Assembly: GCA_025201805.1 (NCBI GenBank)
Contig: MU619312.1
Location: 1-64,000, forward strand
Origin: Parasitella parasitica NRRL 2501
Lineage: Eukaryota; Fungi; Mucoromycota
Length of the DNA: 64,000 nt
Reading direction: 5' to 3'
The notes under the pieces are model-generated. The model was not told where the DNA came from and did no database searches. It saw only the letters and a program-made list of their open reading frames with translations. This document shows positions 44,288-60,600 of this stretch, piece after piece. How positions within the stretch are numbered: the stretch's first letter is position 1; every line of letters begins with the position of its first letter. The position numbers and the translations under genes were made by a program.

Positions 44288-45346
44288 ATGGCAGGGCACA
44301 AGACAACACCATTAGAAGTCTTAGAGAGTAAAAAACGGGTCAATGTGTGTGCTCCAATGGTTCGATATAGTAAACTGGCATTCAGAGAGGTTGTGAGAAA
44401 GTGAGTTGGCTGTCATTGCTAAAACCACAAACCAAGCCATTTAACGCAAAAATAGATACAATACCGATATCGTCTACACGCCCATGATTCTAGCCGATGT
44501 ATTTAAAAATTCAGACTTTGCCCGGTCATCCGACTTTTCTACAAACAATCTTGACGATCCTGTAGTTGTTCAATTTGCAGCACACAACGGCGCAGATCTA
44601 GCTGATGCCGCAGAGCTTGTGGCCCCATACGCCGGTGGCATTGACATCAACTGCGGATGCCCGCAAAAATGGGCCTATCAAGAAAAGATTGGCGCTTATC
44701 TGATGCAAGATCCTGAAAATGTCAGGGACATGATCCGTACAGTGAAAGCAAGAGTAAATATACCCTGTAGCATCAAGATCAGAGTGCATGACGACTTGAG
44801 GTACTGCAAGTGGGGAATGATCACCGAGTCGCGGTAGTTTCTAACAGTGTCTTTTCTGGTTTATATAGAACTACATATGAGTTCGTCAAAAGAGCAGAGT
44901 CGGTGGGTGTTGACTTTTTAACAGTGCATGGACGCACAAGACTTCAAAAATCAACAGAGCCGGTAAATTTCGAAGGGATCAAGTTGGTAAAAGAGTCAGT
45001 CAGCATGCCTGTGATTGCCAATGGCAGCATTTTCTCACTAAAAGATGCAGATGAAATGTACGAAAGGACGGGCGTCGACGGCGTCATGTCTGCTAGGGGA
45101 CTATTACAGAATCCAGCGCTGTTTGCTGGATACGAGACAACGCCCTGGGAATGCATCGAGGACTACGTTCGCTTGGCAATTGGATATGGGACAAACTCGT
45201 TTATTTTTCACCATCATCTAATGTTTATGTTTGAAGACATCATGAGCAATGCAGAGCGCAAGACATTCAACGCACTTTCTAGCATTCCGGCCATTTTAGA
45301 CCATTTGGAGGAGTACTGGGGACTGGACGCAACAAAGCTTGCTTAG
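44288..45346 (+). CDS. DUS4: tRNA-dihydrouridine(20a/20b) synthase Dus4, 3 exons
   Basis: CAPMVRYSKLAFR, YTPMILA, IDINCGCPQ, TVHGRT, IANG, GVMSARGLL. Confidence 0.9.
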
Positions 45347-45347
45347 A

Positions 45348-46350
45348 TTATTTATTATGCTCTTCTACTTTTTTAGTTACTTTGTCGCAAATCTGTTGAA
45401 AGACAGGGAATAAATTTGATTTTTCAAACATTTTGACATAGGAGCCGCTCCCCTCGGTCTCCACCATGCTAGTAAATCCCGGATCTATAGGCACTCGGCC
45501 AAAGAAATCGATGCCGTACTCATTTGCCATGGACTCGCCTCCTCCAGAAGAAAAGATGTTTGTGCATTCCTATAATCGGCTTCAGTACCTCTCTCTTCTT
45601 ATCAAGACAATCCAACTTACTGCGCAGTGAGGACACACAAATCCACTCATATTTTCCACAACGCCCAAAATCGGCAACTTGACCTTTTTACAGAATGAGA
45701 TTTCTTTACGGACATCAGCAATTGCAACACCCTGTGGAGTCGTAACTATAACAGCCCCATCAGGGTTGAATTCTTTGAGGTATTCCACAATGCCAATATG
45801 CTCGTCCGATGTGCCAGGTGGTGTGTCAATCAGCAAATAGTCCAACTCACCCCAATACACATCCTGCAAAAACTGCTTGATCATGGCTGACAAACAGGGT
45901 TGCATTAGTCATCGTCACAATCACCCATTCAACGGCCCAAACATAAATTAAATATAGGCTTACCATTCTTTTTGGGGCCTCTCCAGACTACGGAATCATT
46001 CTTGTTTGTCAATAAAAACCCAATTGACATACATGACAAACGCTGATTTTCGTCTGCATACACAGGTACCCAACTACTCGAGATTTAGCATCACACATTA
46101 CTCTTTTTCTTTTTCTTTTTCTTTTTCTTTTTTTTTACCCTTGAGACGCCTGGTGCACTTTTTTCCCATCTAATCCCAACATGCGAGGAATGCTAGGCCC
46201 TGTAAGATCAATATCAAGCACGCCTACCTTCTTGCCTTGATGAACAAGACCAAGAGCAAGCTGTGTAGTCACAGAGGACTTACCAACACCTCCTTTGCCA
46301 GAGAGAACCAGTACAATGTTTTTTATGCCAGAAAGGTTGATATCAGACAT
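45348..46350 (-). CDS. CFD1: Cytosolic Fe-S cluster assembly P-loop NTPase Cfd1/NUBP2, 4 exons
   Basis: [54 protein letters not shown]; lacks the Nbp35 N-terminal Cys cluster. Confidence 0.93.
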
Positions 46351-46886
46351 TTAATCTATGTGTTGCTTATTAATGAAAGCAGAAGAAAAAAAAAAGGTTT
46401 TGAGAGTTGTCAGATGGTTTTGACTTTTTATTTCTATTTTTTAGCCTTCCGCTTCATGCTCGCCATGTGTAATTGTCAGAAGCAGCTTGGTTTATGCTCC
46501 ATGCTAGTCTTTGACGACTTCTCCTTCTCACTAGATTGCTGCACAATAACACCAAGACTTTGGACACATACAAAGAAAAAATGTATGCTTGAAAGGTCTT
46601 CTTATTTTTTGTCCGCTCCAGTAAATTGCAAATGTTGGGAGAAGAGAAGAGATAAGGGAAGAGTATACCTTTTTGAACCGAACAGCAGCAAGAAGAGATC
46701 CATGATGATGGGAAAATCCTAAATTTCCCAAGAATCCCACCGTATATTACGGTATATATAGAGGAAAAAGATAACGGCTATTGGGTATAGCGGATAAAAT
46801 CGGATAACTAAAAAAAAAACCCTGATCCCGTATACAAACTTCCCCACATCCTTAGATTTTGCTTTTTTCTACCTTTTTCTCTCAAT

Positions 46887-48645
<1,759 letters not shown>

Positions 48646-48699
48646 ATAAATTGATTTATTGTCAAAGATTTATAGAATTACAAAATGAAGTAAAGTGAG

Positions 48700-49158
48700 T
48701 TAGTGGGCTACGGTATTATTACAGGCATCCGCTAAATTCGAATCATTTTTCTGCTGGAGCAAACCCTATGTACATATATATGTTAATGTCTTTTCATAAA
48801 CTACTCTCTTATTTCTTTTAGCATTTACCTCCAGTTGATCAGAGTCAACAAAACTCGGCACTATGGTTTCTGTAGGAGTTGCTACTTTGGCGATTGATTT
48901 TTGACCTTCTTCAAATGTAGCACCTAGGTTTTTTAAAGCAGCCATTCTTTCTGCTCCAGTTGGCATAGGCGAAATGTCACCCACAGGCTCTTCTGCGCCG
49001 CATTTGTTGAATTGACGTCTTTCTAACAAGGAGGCTGGCTTTATTGAATTTGCACCACTATCGCTGCTATTTCGATGGCTTTGGCTCTTGTCAGCGCTTA
49101 GTTGATGTTGTCTCTGGATATCATTCAAGTCACCTGATGATGGTTGTTTTTGATTCAT
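48700..49158 (-). CDS. Small hypothetical hydrophilic protein, 2 exons
   Basis: ORF 48766-49158 with GTAAAT donor near 48828 and TAG acceptor near 48766 leading to GLLQQKNDSNLADACNNTVAH*. Confidence 0.55.
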
Positions 49159-52100
49159 TTCTTTTATGCTTAATTAACGAGAAAGAGGATAAGATTGGGC
49201 TATTATTCAAAATGTAGTTTATCATAGTGTTGGAAATACGTCATAATGAGCTATGACGAAAGTGCTTTTAGGAATGATCGCCATCTTTCTATATTAGACT
49301 AGATGCCTTAGGCCAATCCAGCTACTGCCTAGCATGACATTATATGGTGCTAAAAATATCAGTTTTCGAGATGGCCGTAAAATCATACACAACACTTTCT
49401 AATTTATATAATGAAGGTTAAAGTGCTTTATTCATGAAACTCGGTGTATCAAATAAGATTTTGGGAGTTTCTATCTCGCAGCTTCATTCCCAAATCATCT
49501 ACTGTGACACATAGTAGTGTCTTTTTTGCAAAAGTTCATCAATGAAGATGCCAAGTTGGGATCGCATTTTGGAGAAGAGGCCAGCCAGGGTAGTTGACTG
49601 GTTTTGTTTAGGTTGCAGTTTCTTGATAGATTGAAAGCGCCATGATGGACTGACAAAAGCTCTCTACTTAGATGCAATCACATCGATATAGGGTTGTCTG
49701 TACGCGAGGCATATATAGAATGGTGGAGAAATTCGGAAGTGTAGTTGGCTGTATTTTGATCTTTACTACTCAAGTCTCGGTGCAAAGAATGACATGAGGC
49801 CTTAAGCGAGCTGAAGTGGCGTTGCCACCAGAAATGTTTGCATACCAAGTATCTTGTGAAGAAGCCATGAGTGCGTTGTATATATACTCTATGGTATCTT
49901 TGCCACTTCTGTCACCATTTATGCCAATTGCCACAGTGTCGTTTTCCCCAGCATCATTTTGAATCATTTCAACAAATTAGGCCAGGCTTATGGCTTCAAT
50001 TGATTTCATAAGAAAGAAAAGTATAAATGTGTCAACTTTGAAAGATTCAGCTGCAATTTTACTGAGCAATGCGAGATCAACCACAGAGCTGCGGACTCCG
50101 ATTTAGAAATGCTTTCACTTTTTATATTAATGACGAGCAAGAAATATTGAAGCAGTAATTCAACTGTCGAATTCATAAAAGAGCAAGCAGGACAAGATCC
50201 TGGGAAGCTTGCTATTCTTTTTCTTATCAAGATTTTGCCGAGTGCTCAATTCGGTGACATTAGGCGTAAACGAGTTTAACATTCTCGCAATATTAGTCAT
50301 GATAAACTGGGCAACATTTCTTGGGCAATAGTATTTTTGTCTAATATGACCGTAAGTGATGACTCTGTCCCTTCTGTAATAAAGTAAGATGAGAGATAAT
50401 CCCCCGTATTTGTTTCAGTTTTATTTGTTGTTGAGATGGTCCGCATGAGCACTCACAAGTGTCGGTACACTTGAAATATCAGCACATCATGGGCACATAT
50501 ACAAACTACACCTCGGGTAAAAGCAGGAAACTTGAATCAGCAGATTGAGATAGAGAGACAAGTATGTAGTACACAAATCACGCCAATCACTCAATCAGTA
50601 AATCTGTAAGGTGTCAATCTAATCGCAAATTGTAAGTCTTGATGTTTATGTGCTGACCCACATGAAATCATCGAATTGATAAAGTCATGATACATAAAGT
50701 AAATGTTTATTCTGTAAGTTAATTTTTATATATGATATAATTTATTCTCTTCGAGATGAATATGTACAAGGTAATTGAGAGTGCTTTCTTTTTTCTTTTC
50801 TTTTCTTTTTTTTTGTTTTTGGAGATGAATGCTTTTTGTTGAAATGGCGCTGTAAACGTAAAATATGGCTTATAAATTTCACTTGAGAAATGAACAATCA
50901 TCAACTTGATGTCCATATTTCCCACACCAAGTACTACAGTAAAGCGTTAGATACATACGCATAAACTAGCATGATTGTATGCTTAGTATACCATTGACCA
51001 CCGGTAGTATTGATGTCTTTGATGCTTAATGTGAAGGGGCCTGGAAGAGAGAAGGTCTCGTTCAGTGTATTCTGATTTTTCAATAAAAACAAAATTTTTG
51101 CTTTTGGGATCATTGAGGTGATTGGATTGAAAATGAGTGCAAGATGGAAGATTGAGGCGAGACTTTGAAAGGTTTTTATATGCCACACTAAAGTTGACAT
51201 TTTTCAGTGATCACAGAGCATAATAGACTTTTTCATGTTCACTGTTTTGCAGCTTTGTTGTAGTTGGCGTACAAATAACATCTTGTCCGTAGACCATCGG
51301 CTGATTACCCTCATAATAATAATCAATCAGTAATTTTAGAGATAAACAAAGATGCTGTGTATTGCATACTATTGTATCAGGAACCCAGAATTGAGTTAAT
51401 CTTTTTTTTTTTTGTCTTTTTTCAATCAGCAGTGTATATACATATGCAAAAATATCGTCATTTGAGCAAACCAGAAGATCATGAATGAATTGATTTATGT
51501 TCTTGTCTTTAGCAACCAACTCTTGAAAAATGGGATAGCAGTAACCTCGTGGGCTCTCATCAATTTTTTGTGCTTATAGTTAGTTTATATTCGTCAATCC
51601 AGAATTGTCGATGTGCAATATTAGCGTGTAGGCGTACAAACAATATTATAATATTTACAATAGAATATGGTGTATTTACACCTGGCTGAAAGTCTTACTG
51701 TGGTGGATATCACCGTTGAAAGGATACTGGATCAACTAGACAGAGTCGTTACAATAACAATCATGCATGTCTTGACAAGTTTGAGCATTTCAACATGACA
51801 TCAATGCACCATACCATGGGATGTGTTGCAGAATTTATACCAAAGCAGATATATAACATCTATGTACCCCTCGAGTTTGTCCGAGTTTCATATTAGAGTC
51901 GTTTAAAAAAAAGTATTTATTAAATGTCGCACGAAACAAACAACACCTTCTGGAAATGTAATAATACTTTTCGGTTGGTGCACTTGAAAACAATTACTAT
52001 TAGAATATTTGGTACATATTTAAATTATATCATCACTTCTAAATATCGGAGAGCTACCATAAGCAAGGGCAGCTGACAAAACCACATATTAGATTGTACC

Positions 52101-52772
52101 ACTGTTTGCTCTTGGGTTTTGATATATTATGTTTAGTATAAAATGAGAAATTAAAATCGTGGTGGCACGGAGCACCAAGCTCTTCTTTTTATATCGCCTA
52201 GATGGCCTGATCCAAGAAAACGGATGTGATGCATTGAATCTTTTCACCTGCAATTTGCTCCTTTGCTCGTTTCAATTGGGTTAATACGTTGCGAAACGCC
52301 CACTAGCAGCTTTGACATTTACCTAGAACGAAGGAAAGGCTGACTGAGCTCAAGGCCAGCTTTGAACAAATCTATACATTTATTATTTGATATTTCTGGA
52401 TCAAATATCTTGGTAGTAATAATCTTTCATGATAGTGCTTAAACAAGTTTTTATTTTCCTTCATAGGGGACAACGATGTTTTAAACATTTTATGCAGCTC
52501 TTTAAATACAAGTTCTTTAATAATAACGAGAATCAATACTTTTGCGTGAAATAAAAAGTAGCCCTCAACAACGAAGCATTTACCACATGTAAACAATAAA
52601 ACATTTCAATGAATGGGTAAAATGATGTAAAATTGGTTTGATTTCACAGTATTCAACTGTTTCACGTTTCAATCACAGCAAATGACGATGAATACAGTAT
52701 TCGTCATGTCAAAAAATCTTTTGTCGAAATTAAAGAGGTAAAAGGGTATAAGAATTTGTAATATATATTTTT

Positions 52773-53545
52773 CTACTTGAGATCCAAGACGATGATTACA
52801 AACATGGCTATTAATACAGCTAAAATACAAGTGGAGCCAAAAATGACAGCTCCTCTGCTAGCAGGAAATTGTCCTTTAGTCATTGCAATTTGGGTGTGAA
52901 AATAACGAGCGTTTGCAAAATACAAAAACACAATACTGAATATTACAAATGCTGCACCCAACGATTTTCCTGCTTTTCCATGAGTTACTTGGTTATTTTC
53001 TCCGGGAGGAACAAGATGATATAGCTGTGTAATGGCTACAGGGAACATTGTCAATTATGCACATACCAATGAAGATTGCATTTTCCTTACCAACGCCCAC
53101 TGTAATCAAGGATAATGACGTTCTCAACCAAGCTAAAAAAGTTCTTTCATTTGCTGAACCATGTAGATCAGGGTGAGTAAAGATGTCGCAAAAAAAAAGG
53201 GGGAGGTATGTTACCTAAATGATCTCTAGCAGTTGCGGCTTTATTTTCCAACATGAACGAGGTAGAAAATTTTGCATATAGTCTGCCAATTAGCACATAT
53301 GAACCTTTTGCCGATCTCTCATTTTTCTGATCCTCTTGTTTTTTAAATTGCTGTCTCATTGATTCTTTTTCTTCTCGAGTTTTTGTTCGAACAAGAAAAG
53401 GAGGATCTAGTTGAGGCTGGTTTTCTTCTGAAAGAGCTTGTTGCAGTTGTGATCTATGTCTACTGTTGAGAGATGTAGCATCGTCTGATGAAACAATAGT
53501 ATCTCTTGCAGAATCAGTATCGGAATCTTTTGCTGTACTTTTCAT
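52773..53545 (-). CDS. DUF202 (YidH/VTC-TM-like) small membrane protein, 3 exons
   Basis: ENKAATARDHL/ANERTFLAWLRTSLSL..V/AITQLY; ARYFHTQ..GQFPASR; three TM segments. Confidence 0.9.
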
Positions 53546-54267
53546 TATTGGTAAATTTAGTCAGAAATAAGAAATAAAGGGAAAAGGTAAGGGAGAATTC
53601 GTTCTTGTAGCTTTTTTAAATCGAATTCTTCAAGTGGACGGGGGCACATGTAGCCGAGATTCGGGCTAACTAAGATGAACAGATGTAGAAGAGTACGAGC
53701 CCTGACGTCAGCAGTGGTTTCATTGGTAAAACAATTGTATTGCCTGATATTAATGAGAGAAATGAAAGCAAAAGCAAAAAAAAAGCGAGGATATAATAAT
53801 TTGCATGAAATAGAAAGCTGCTTTGATTTTGTTAGGTTATGGGGGGGAGTGAATGTTGTTTTTATTCATCACATCATCTGTAAAGTATCTTATTCGCTTG
53901 AAATTTTAGACACCTGCCACTTCTCAAATGTTTTGGCAGCGTTGTACAACACCCTTAGCTCTTCAATGTCGACTCTGGTTGGAGATACCTTTATTTGGCT
54001 CTTCTGCTCGAACTGTGATGTCTGGTTTGCATACGCATCTTTTTGAAGGTGATCAGATTCCAAAATGTAGATGAAGCCCCTCCTCGATGTCAAACAGATC
54101 TATAAACTTAACTTGATATTCTCAAATATCTCTTACTCTGCTTGTAACCCAGTCCTTCGACCCTTTCTAGATATTTATAATATATATCGTAGTATGTTTA
54201 CTGTTACAAAAATTGTATATTTATATGGAAGGTCTCTATTTCTAAAAGATAGTAGAATTAAGCTATT

Positions 54268-55178
54268 TTATACGACGCTATTATCAACGCCAGTACCACC
54301 GAGAACCCTAAAAATTACCAACACGCTCAGCTTCCACTTATTAACTTATCCCTTTAGACGTATACTTACTTTGTGCTAGCAAATGCTTGGCCTTTAAAAG
54401 CGGCAAAACCTATAAATGTTTCATGTGTCTTTTGTTAAAAAAACAATCTCGTTCAAATGTGTAACCGTCCTACCATAACAAATCGCTGCGAGTAAGAGAA
54501 GAACACCACAAGCAATAAGAGGCCCGACATTAAGCAGATTGGAGAGGAACATGATTACAGCAAATCTAAATGCGTATGCGATTAATGATAATGTTACATA
54601 TGATGGGATTAAGTACATACGCCAAATATATACCGGCACGGAGCCAGCAGTTTTCAAAATAGGCAAGGAAGCTATCACTAGATGATTGGAAGAGTTTAGT
54701 GTCATGCAAGAAACAAAAACTGAATTTTTGCTTACAATCTGGGGCTTGTAGGGCAGAACTGTAGTAAAGCACATCAATACCGAATCACTGCTGTTTCTGT
54801 TGAAAAAACAAACCTTTATGCACAATGGGACCTCTATCATAACGAGGATGAAAGCAATGACCCTACCCAACCCACAGTTAAAAATTCGTGTTTATCTATA
54901 CATGCCCATTTTCATATTACCATCCAACAATACTGAAAGCTACATGACTGAGAAAGCCAACAATACCCAACGCAATCAGCACTGTTTCTTTATGTCAATA
55001 CTTGAGTTTCCCCCGAGAAATTGCTTTTTCCAAAATACTTACAAATGATAGAAATGATGCCAAGCCTGACGATGAAGAAATGTGAGTATTCAAGAGACAT
55101 GACAGTATCAAGAAACTACTTTTACCATTGACCATAAAGAGAGAAATTCATCGATCTTGCTTCGTCAAAACAGCCCAT
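54268..55178 (-). CDS. TVP18: Golgi membrane protein Tvp18, many short exons
   Basis: MGCFDEARSMNFSLYGQW/LGIISI..IEVPLCIK/FCPTSP..WLRAGIY..FAAFKGQAFASTK/..LGGTGV. Confidence 0.88.
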
Positions 55179-56684
55179 TGTTATAATATTGATTTAAGAA
55201 AAAGAGTAGTAGAAAGAGGATAAAAGGATGTAGAAAAGAATGATGTAAATTTTTTTGCTATTTAAACAAGCCGATTTTTATGGAAACATGTCGTACATTA
55301 CTCGCTCTGGCGCCAAAATTAGCCTTCCATTGTAAATTGCCCGCGCTTTTATTTACAATAATGCATCATATTCAACCATAAAAAATCCCAATTTCTGTTT
55401 GGGACATATGCTAAATATCTTGTTTATTTCATGTATAGGACCATGTAAACGCTTATATCATTTGCCCAGGATACAAGAAACTTACACGACTTTATCACAT
55501 GATTAATCTTATCCTTACGTTCAAAGTGTACAAGGTATGCAGCCATTTAAGGATTCATTTGAATAAATCAATTCATACAATAAAGCACGATTCTAAAGGC
55601 TTATCAAGCTCTCATTACGTGTGATGAACATCGTACCAAACCGAGTGAATCATATTATTGTTATGATTGAAATGATTTCGAAAAGCGTTTAAAACAATAG
55701 GGATTTATTGTACTTACCCACCTATACAAAACGATGCTGTGCTTTCTAAAGCTGAAAAGCATTCTGAACGGCACTCATCATGATGAAGGTGGTGAAATTC
55801 TCTTGGCATTTTAGAAAGCTTGCTTGGCCCGCGAGAGTTTTGTACACATGAACCAAGAAGTTTGCCAAACTCGTTCGAAATACCTGATCGAGCTGTTAGA
55901 TGTCCCATGAAATCAACCTGGTACTAGTTGGATCAGAGCCACTGCAAGATCCGCGTGGTTATGCGTACTGCACTCATACTTGTTTTAGTGATTCATCTCT
56001 CACTGTTCAAAATAGTAGTAAGACCTGGTCACGAACATTAATCATTTTTCCAGCTCGAAAAGCTCTTCAATGAAACTCCAAATTCAAGTTCTCATTACAA
56101 ATATACGAGCATTTTAGTTTTAATTAGAGTCGGGAGACATACTGTTGTCAAATTACCTATCACTCCTCCTCAGTTGAAAGATTTCTCCAACCAAACAGAA
56201 ATCACTCTTTTCTTGGAAGAAATCCGAAATCAACTCCAAATGTGTTGGTTTTTACTCCACATACATAGGCACATAACTTCTTTCTCTATACACGCACACA
56301 CAACACAAAAATCTACATATTCACAGTTTAAAAAATTGAACAGGTTGTTTTTGTAGTGGATGGGGAGCCTTATTCACTGGATTGTTCTTATATCAACTGA
56401 TATTTAAATCGAATGAGTGGACCGAGATCCAGATAACAATCCACATGTAGTCTACTAAAAAGAGTCATTATTTATAATCCAAGGGTGGGGTGGAGGGCTA
56501 AATGTGTTTTTCGAAATTTACAAATTTTACCAGCCGCCACTGTGCTTTTAAGGATGCCATTCTTCTGTTTGCCTTTTCCCTTTTCCTTCAAACCCCTTCT
56601 TCAAGTCAGGTGACAAAGTCACGAGTATCCAAGGTATAATGCAATTCTACACCTACGCATAAGTAGCTAACATTAGATAGAAAC

Positions 56685-57470
56685 ATGTCGCAACAAAAAA
56701 CCCTCACCGTAAGTTGTGATTTATACGGCATTTTATCAGGTAACGTATTGACAGATCCCAGAATGCTGAAAACCAAGTTGAAAATGCTCTTGCTGTCGAG
56801 GCAGCCCAGCTAAACAGCACTACAACGGCTGCTACATCAACAGCAACAACAAATTACAGCTCGGTAGATAACGAGATATGGTAAGCTTTACGTGCAAACA
56901 TTAGATAAAAGCCAACACATCATCTACAGGGCCTCCATCACCCCTCAACAAGACGCTTCCTTACGCGCTCTTCACCAATCAATGCAATCCAACAACGCTG
57001 AAGATACCAACACTAGCAACGCAGTTACATCTACATCTACAATCAAAAAATCTGAAGATAGCGATGACAAACCAGCTGTTGGCTCTGAGGAATGGCATCG
57101 GCTTCGACGTGAGAATCACAAACAGGTTGAGCGTAGAAGACGTGAAACAATCAACGATGGTATAAGCGAAATTGCTCGCATTGTGCCAGGCTGTGAAAAG
57201 AACAAAGGTTCTATTCTCCAAAGAGCAGCTATCTACATCCGACAACTAAAAGAAGCGGAGGCAGCAACGGTTGAAAAATGGACACTTGAGAAATTACTGA
57301 CAGATCAGGCCATCAGCGAATTAAATAGACAAGTAGAGGTACTAAAGAGCGATAACGAACGACTTACATTACAAAACAATTACCTGAAGAGAGAGCTTGA
57401 AAATGCAAACGGCTGTCATCATTTACATCATCAGGGGGCGAAAAAGCAGAAGTTAACTCATGAAGAGTAA
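56685..57470 (+). CDS. CBF1: bHLH-ZIP transcription factor Cbf1-like, multi-exon with probable 5'-UTR intron
   Basis: KPAVGSEEWHRLRRENHKQVERRRRETINDGI..PGCEKNKGSIL..EKWTLEKLLTDQAISEL is diagnostic of fungal Cbf1. Confidence 0.9.
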
Positions 57471-57603
57471 TGCAAAAGATTACCCTTTTTTTTTTTCTTT
57501 TTTCTTTTATATACATATACTGCATGCGGCCTAAAACTATTTCCTTTTTGATTTTCATACATTTCTTTTTTTCCCCAATTTAAACCACCATAAAAAAAAA
57601 TCC

Positions 57604-60600
57604 ATGAAACGAATACATATTATATCACACCTAAAAGACAACAAAGAGCTCTGGAAAAAGATTTTGAAATGTACAATTGCGTATGAAATTGGAACTATCA
57701 TTATTTTGATTCCTCAGATAAATCAAACCATGACAGTGCCGTATCTGGTTACCTTGGGGACACTTTTTTACAATGCAAGTGGTACTGCCGGAAACCAGAT
57801 TGTGGAGATGGCGCTCAACGTGCTGATGATGGTGCCTGCCTGTATATGGTGTGCTGTAATAAGCTATTTATGCACGCTGTATAATAGGCGTATCGAGCCA
57901 GCAAATCTTTATGGCAATGGGGCCGGTGCCATTGCCTCTATTGCCTTTTTCATTTGCGTATTTATCATTGCTTATTTTAGACTGAAATACCCACGGCTAT
58001 TCATTCCAGCACTGCAAGGATTCGTTATACCATTTTTCGGCCTGACGAGTGGTATTTACAAGCAAGAATTCGATGTCATGTCTGTTGTAGGTATCTTTTA
58101 CCCTACCTTGATCGGTGGCGTCATTGCTCTTTTGACAAATCTATTGATCTGGCCAGAAACAGCTGCCAAAGTTTCAGAGTAAAAAAAAACCAAAAAAATA
58201 CACTCGTGTCACTTGCAAATAACAAAAAAAACTAAACTGTCTATAATATTTGTAGAAATGCTTTTGGAAGTGCCTTGGCTTCTGTACAAAATGTTTTAGA
58301 ATCTATCAGTTCTGACATATTTCAGCAAGAAAATCTGGCATTTACCGATCTATCAGCATCCAAAAAGCTACGTCAACACATTCAAACGCTAGATGCAGAT
58401 ATCTCAAAGATGCAGTCATCAAGAACAGAAGCCAAGTACGAAATCATTGTGTCTCGGTATTGCCCAACATGGTACAAGGAATTTGCCCAGACCATGAGTG
58501 GATTATCTCGCAATCTGTATGGATTTTCTCTTGCAGTGGAACGAGAAGGTCAAATCATGCTGAACCAAAAGATTCAAGCTCAACTAGACTCGTATCGTCA
58601 TAGTGGGAATGCTGAGCAACAGCAACAATCACTAAGATTAAGGCGACAGCAGTTTGAACATGGGGATACGTTGATGAGTCAAGGATCTGGTTACATTGCA
58701 GTCGGCACTGATAAAATCGAGGGTGGTGGTACAGTTTCCCGCATTGAATACAAATTAATATCTCGTCTGCAATCTTCTATCCAGCCCGAGATAAAGCAAT
58801 TTGTAGCCATCTGTATGTCGTTTATGAGGGCCATTAGACATCGATTAGCAGAAAACGATGCTATTCCTCCCATTCACAAACTCTCAGAAAAAGAAGGAAT
58901 ATGCCACTCTAGAGATCTCACAAAAGCAATGGAATCCTTACAAGAGGCAAAAATTATTTTGCAAAAACAGTACGAGGATCGCCGAGCTCAGCCCACTGAA
59001 GACCATTATCTTATCTATACTCTCTTATTCTCTCTGATACAATTCGGAAAAAAGCTCATCAAGCTAGAAGAGCAAGCAGATCAACTTATCAAGAAAAGAG
59101 CTGGCGGCCGGCTTCCACGTATATTCTTGCCACGAATGAACTTTGTAAAATGGCTCGGTAAAGCAAACGAAGATGCCCATTCTGGGCGTAATGCTACTGA
59201 ACAAGTGCTATTTGGCCAGCAAAATATATTGCAACGAGAGGAAACTAGAAAATCAACAAATGCTAAAAGTACTAGAGCTGAAAAAAGTAATAATAATAAC
59301 GGCGAATCTAGTAAAACACCTGTCAATATGGGCACATTCACAGCCAATAGTAGGCCAAGCACTAGCAGTGGTAACAGTAGTAGCATCAATATCCAGAAAT
59401 ACATGCCACACAAACCTAATGGTGCCGTCGAGAAGCGAATGTCAATGGAGAGCGACTGGATAGACGATGACCAAGCCTCTTTACCGTTGCAAAATGCACC
59501 TGGTACGCATGTTTGGAATAGATGGCTCCATAATATCAATGAATGGCTTCGAAGAGATCCTACTAGATATGCTATCAAATTTGCAGTAACCATGGAACTA
59601 CTAGCATTGATGGCATGGCTACCAATTGATGGTATAAATGAATTATATAACGTAACGTATAAAATAGCCACAAATACCAACACCCTGTTTTAACAAAAAA
59701 GTTTACCCATAGAATAATCGCGGTCAATGGGCTCTTCTATCAGCCATGGTGGTATTTAACTTTACCGTTGGCTCTACCGCTTTACAATGCTTGTTCCGTG
59801 TTTTGGCAACTATTATAGGAGCTGTTTGTGGATATATCTGTTTGCTAGCAGCCGATAGAAACCAGTACCCTTATGTTCTAGCTATTATGGTCTTGATCTT
59901 TCAAATTCCCATGTGGTACGCATTACTAGGCTCCAGATACCCTAAAATTGGTTTCATCTCTCTATTAACAATGGCAGTTATTGTATCAACCGGGTACGCT
60001 GATCACTTTCAGGAAAAACTATTTGATCCCGTTTGGAAACGGACATTGACTGCAATTATTGCGATAATAGTTGTTCTCGTTATTGACCAGCTGTTATGGC
60101 CAGTTTGGGCTCGTAAAATGGTTCGAAAGCATGTATCAGATCTATTGATTGCTACGGGTATTCAATATTCCAAAGTGGCTTCACTGGTATGTCAGGCTAA
60201 TACAAGTAGCTACCGCTACCTGCACACGTTACACGATGCGCAGTGCAATGCCAAGATATTACGCCGACAACACCAACTATGCGTCCAAATGCTAGGTTTA
60301 GCCCAAATGGAACCTCGTATGACGAAAGGAGCCTTTCCTATTGAAATTTATCGCCAAATTTTAGATCATGAGCTCAACATTTTGTATTGGATTGAGCATC
60401 TACTCAAGGTACAAACATTTATCACCACTAGAGTGCGCCAGCTTATTATGAATCCCATGAATTCGTATCGAAAAGAACTGGCTGCCGCAGTGCATCTTTA
60501 TTTGTTCACCTTGGCAGGCTCCCTGAGGACTAAATCCTCGTTACCTGCATCACTTCCTTCAGCAGAATTAGCTAGACAAATGCTTCAACAGCGTCAAGCA

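Noticed and set aside
55700-56250. PARP-like FHGT motif on the minus strand
   Set aside because: Four-residue match only, with no downstream motifs and stops in frame
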